DNA of 64,000 nt from contig OZ316894.1 of NCBI GenBank assembly GCA_973895155.1, positions 24,488,709 through 24,552,708 on the forward strand, given 5' to 3'. Source of the stretch: Marsupella aquatica. Its lineage: Eukaryota; Plantae; Marchantiophyta. Of the stretch, positions 63,201 through 64,000 are shown one piece after another. The first letter of the stretch is position 1. Each line of letters starts with the position of its first letter. A model generated the notes under the pieces. It saw only the letters and a program-made list of their open reading frames with translations, was not told where the DNA came from and did not search any database. The position numbers and the translations under genes were made by a program.

Positions 63201-64000
63201 CACGATTGTGATCAGCATGGTGAAGAGTCATATTTCTTGATAACTCCAGCCTTGCCGGCAGTGCCAGCAAAGGTAGGTTTCATTCTTTTATTATGTTATG
63301 AACGACTGTTGAAAGACGCTTGGGTCGGTTGGAAGACTTGCCAGGATGAAGTCCATAGTGGTCTTGGCAGTTAGCTGCTATCTGAATACACAAGATACAG
63401 GGCCGAATAGTGTTCCAGTAGAATGGACAGAAAACTGATTGGTCTCCTGAGACCTGAAAGGATATATCTGATTTGGCAGTTAAGCCTGTTAACAAACTCT
63501 CGTGCATGAATATCCCAGGAAACAAACGTAATTGTCGTGAAGTTCACACCCCTTGAGGAGAGAGAATATGAAGGCTTTATTACTGTGTATTCGGAAGAAA
63601 TCAGTGAGGATATCTTCAAAGTTACTTTTAAGGGTGAATGCAAAATTCCAAAGGTACTTCAACTTTCTATTTGATGCGGTACATACATTCTGGTTGTGGA
63701 CCAACAACTAGAATTCTCCGGGAAGAAGGCAGGATGTGCTGCAGATAACTGCTGGAGGTAGATTAGTTCACCTCATAGATGAAGTACCTGTTTGAAGGGT
63801 TCCCAGAGGACTACTGTAGCAAACTTAATAGTTCTATTAATTTCAGTCACTATAAAAGCGCAGAAGCTAATTTTCTTTGAGCAACATAGTTCTATGTAGA
63901 TATATACAACGCACATTTTCTGTTTTCTTCTAAGTGACCTAACTCAGTGAGGAGTCGCCTTTTCAGGTCACTTTACCTGTGGACGTCCTCGACTATGAGA
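57257..64000 (+). CDS. HYDIN: HYDIN, axonemal central-pair protein with tandem ASH/Ig-like domains; 5' part only, continues past the window
   Basis: Exons encode LFQPFPPQITFTGY...LQLRNNDK (to 58549), VVRRV...SRVACGME, VVLTEREKFIVPV, LDIADEIHFPPTPV, VMLKNPG...FFVEPKEGNL, IFTLNPASGELWP, AYCTVSGKQDRLELRLDGVGVGP, and LDFGLVSYGF...ITNNSNVPLHF, colinear with the HYDIN N-terminus. The start at 57257 and the first small exons are less certain. Confidence 0.88.

Overview
Eukaryotic, intron-rich nuclear DNA from a land plant with flagellated sperm, most likely a liverwort or other bryophyte. This is inferred from a HYDIN gene and an H2A.M-like histone, not from a database hit. Genes read by manual splicing, left to right: the 3' end of homogentisate 1,2-dioxygenase (+); an intronless class I SAM methyltransferase (-) with a decayed tandem copy; RINT1/TIP20-family MAG2 (-, 2 exons); a full-length ABCC/MRP transporter (-, 11 exons, about 1520 aa); plastid-type IF3 (+) with a 3x14-aa C-terminal repeat; a histone H2A variant (-); a multi-exon uncharacterised gene resembling the animal meiosis protein M1AP (+); and the 5' part of HYDIN (+, runs off the window). 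Two intergenic blocks (about 19.4-34.2 kb and 41.4-49.0 kb) are transposon-relic regions. They hold a Tourist-like MITE, a solo LTR with a perfect 5-bp TSD, a pseudogenised Myb/SANT (trihelix) ORF, probable LINE debris and many minisatellites. No rRNA, tRNA or CRISPR array was seen. All homology calls come from recalled family motifs, and no searches were run.
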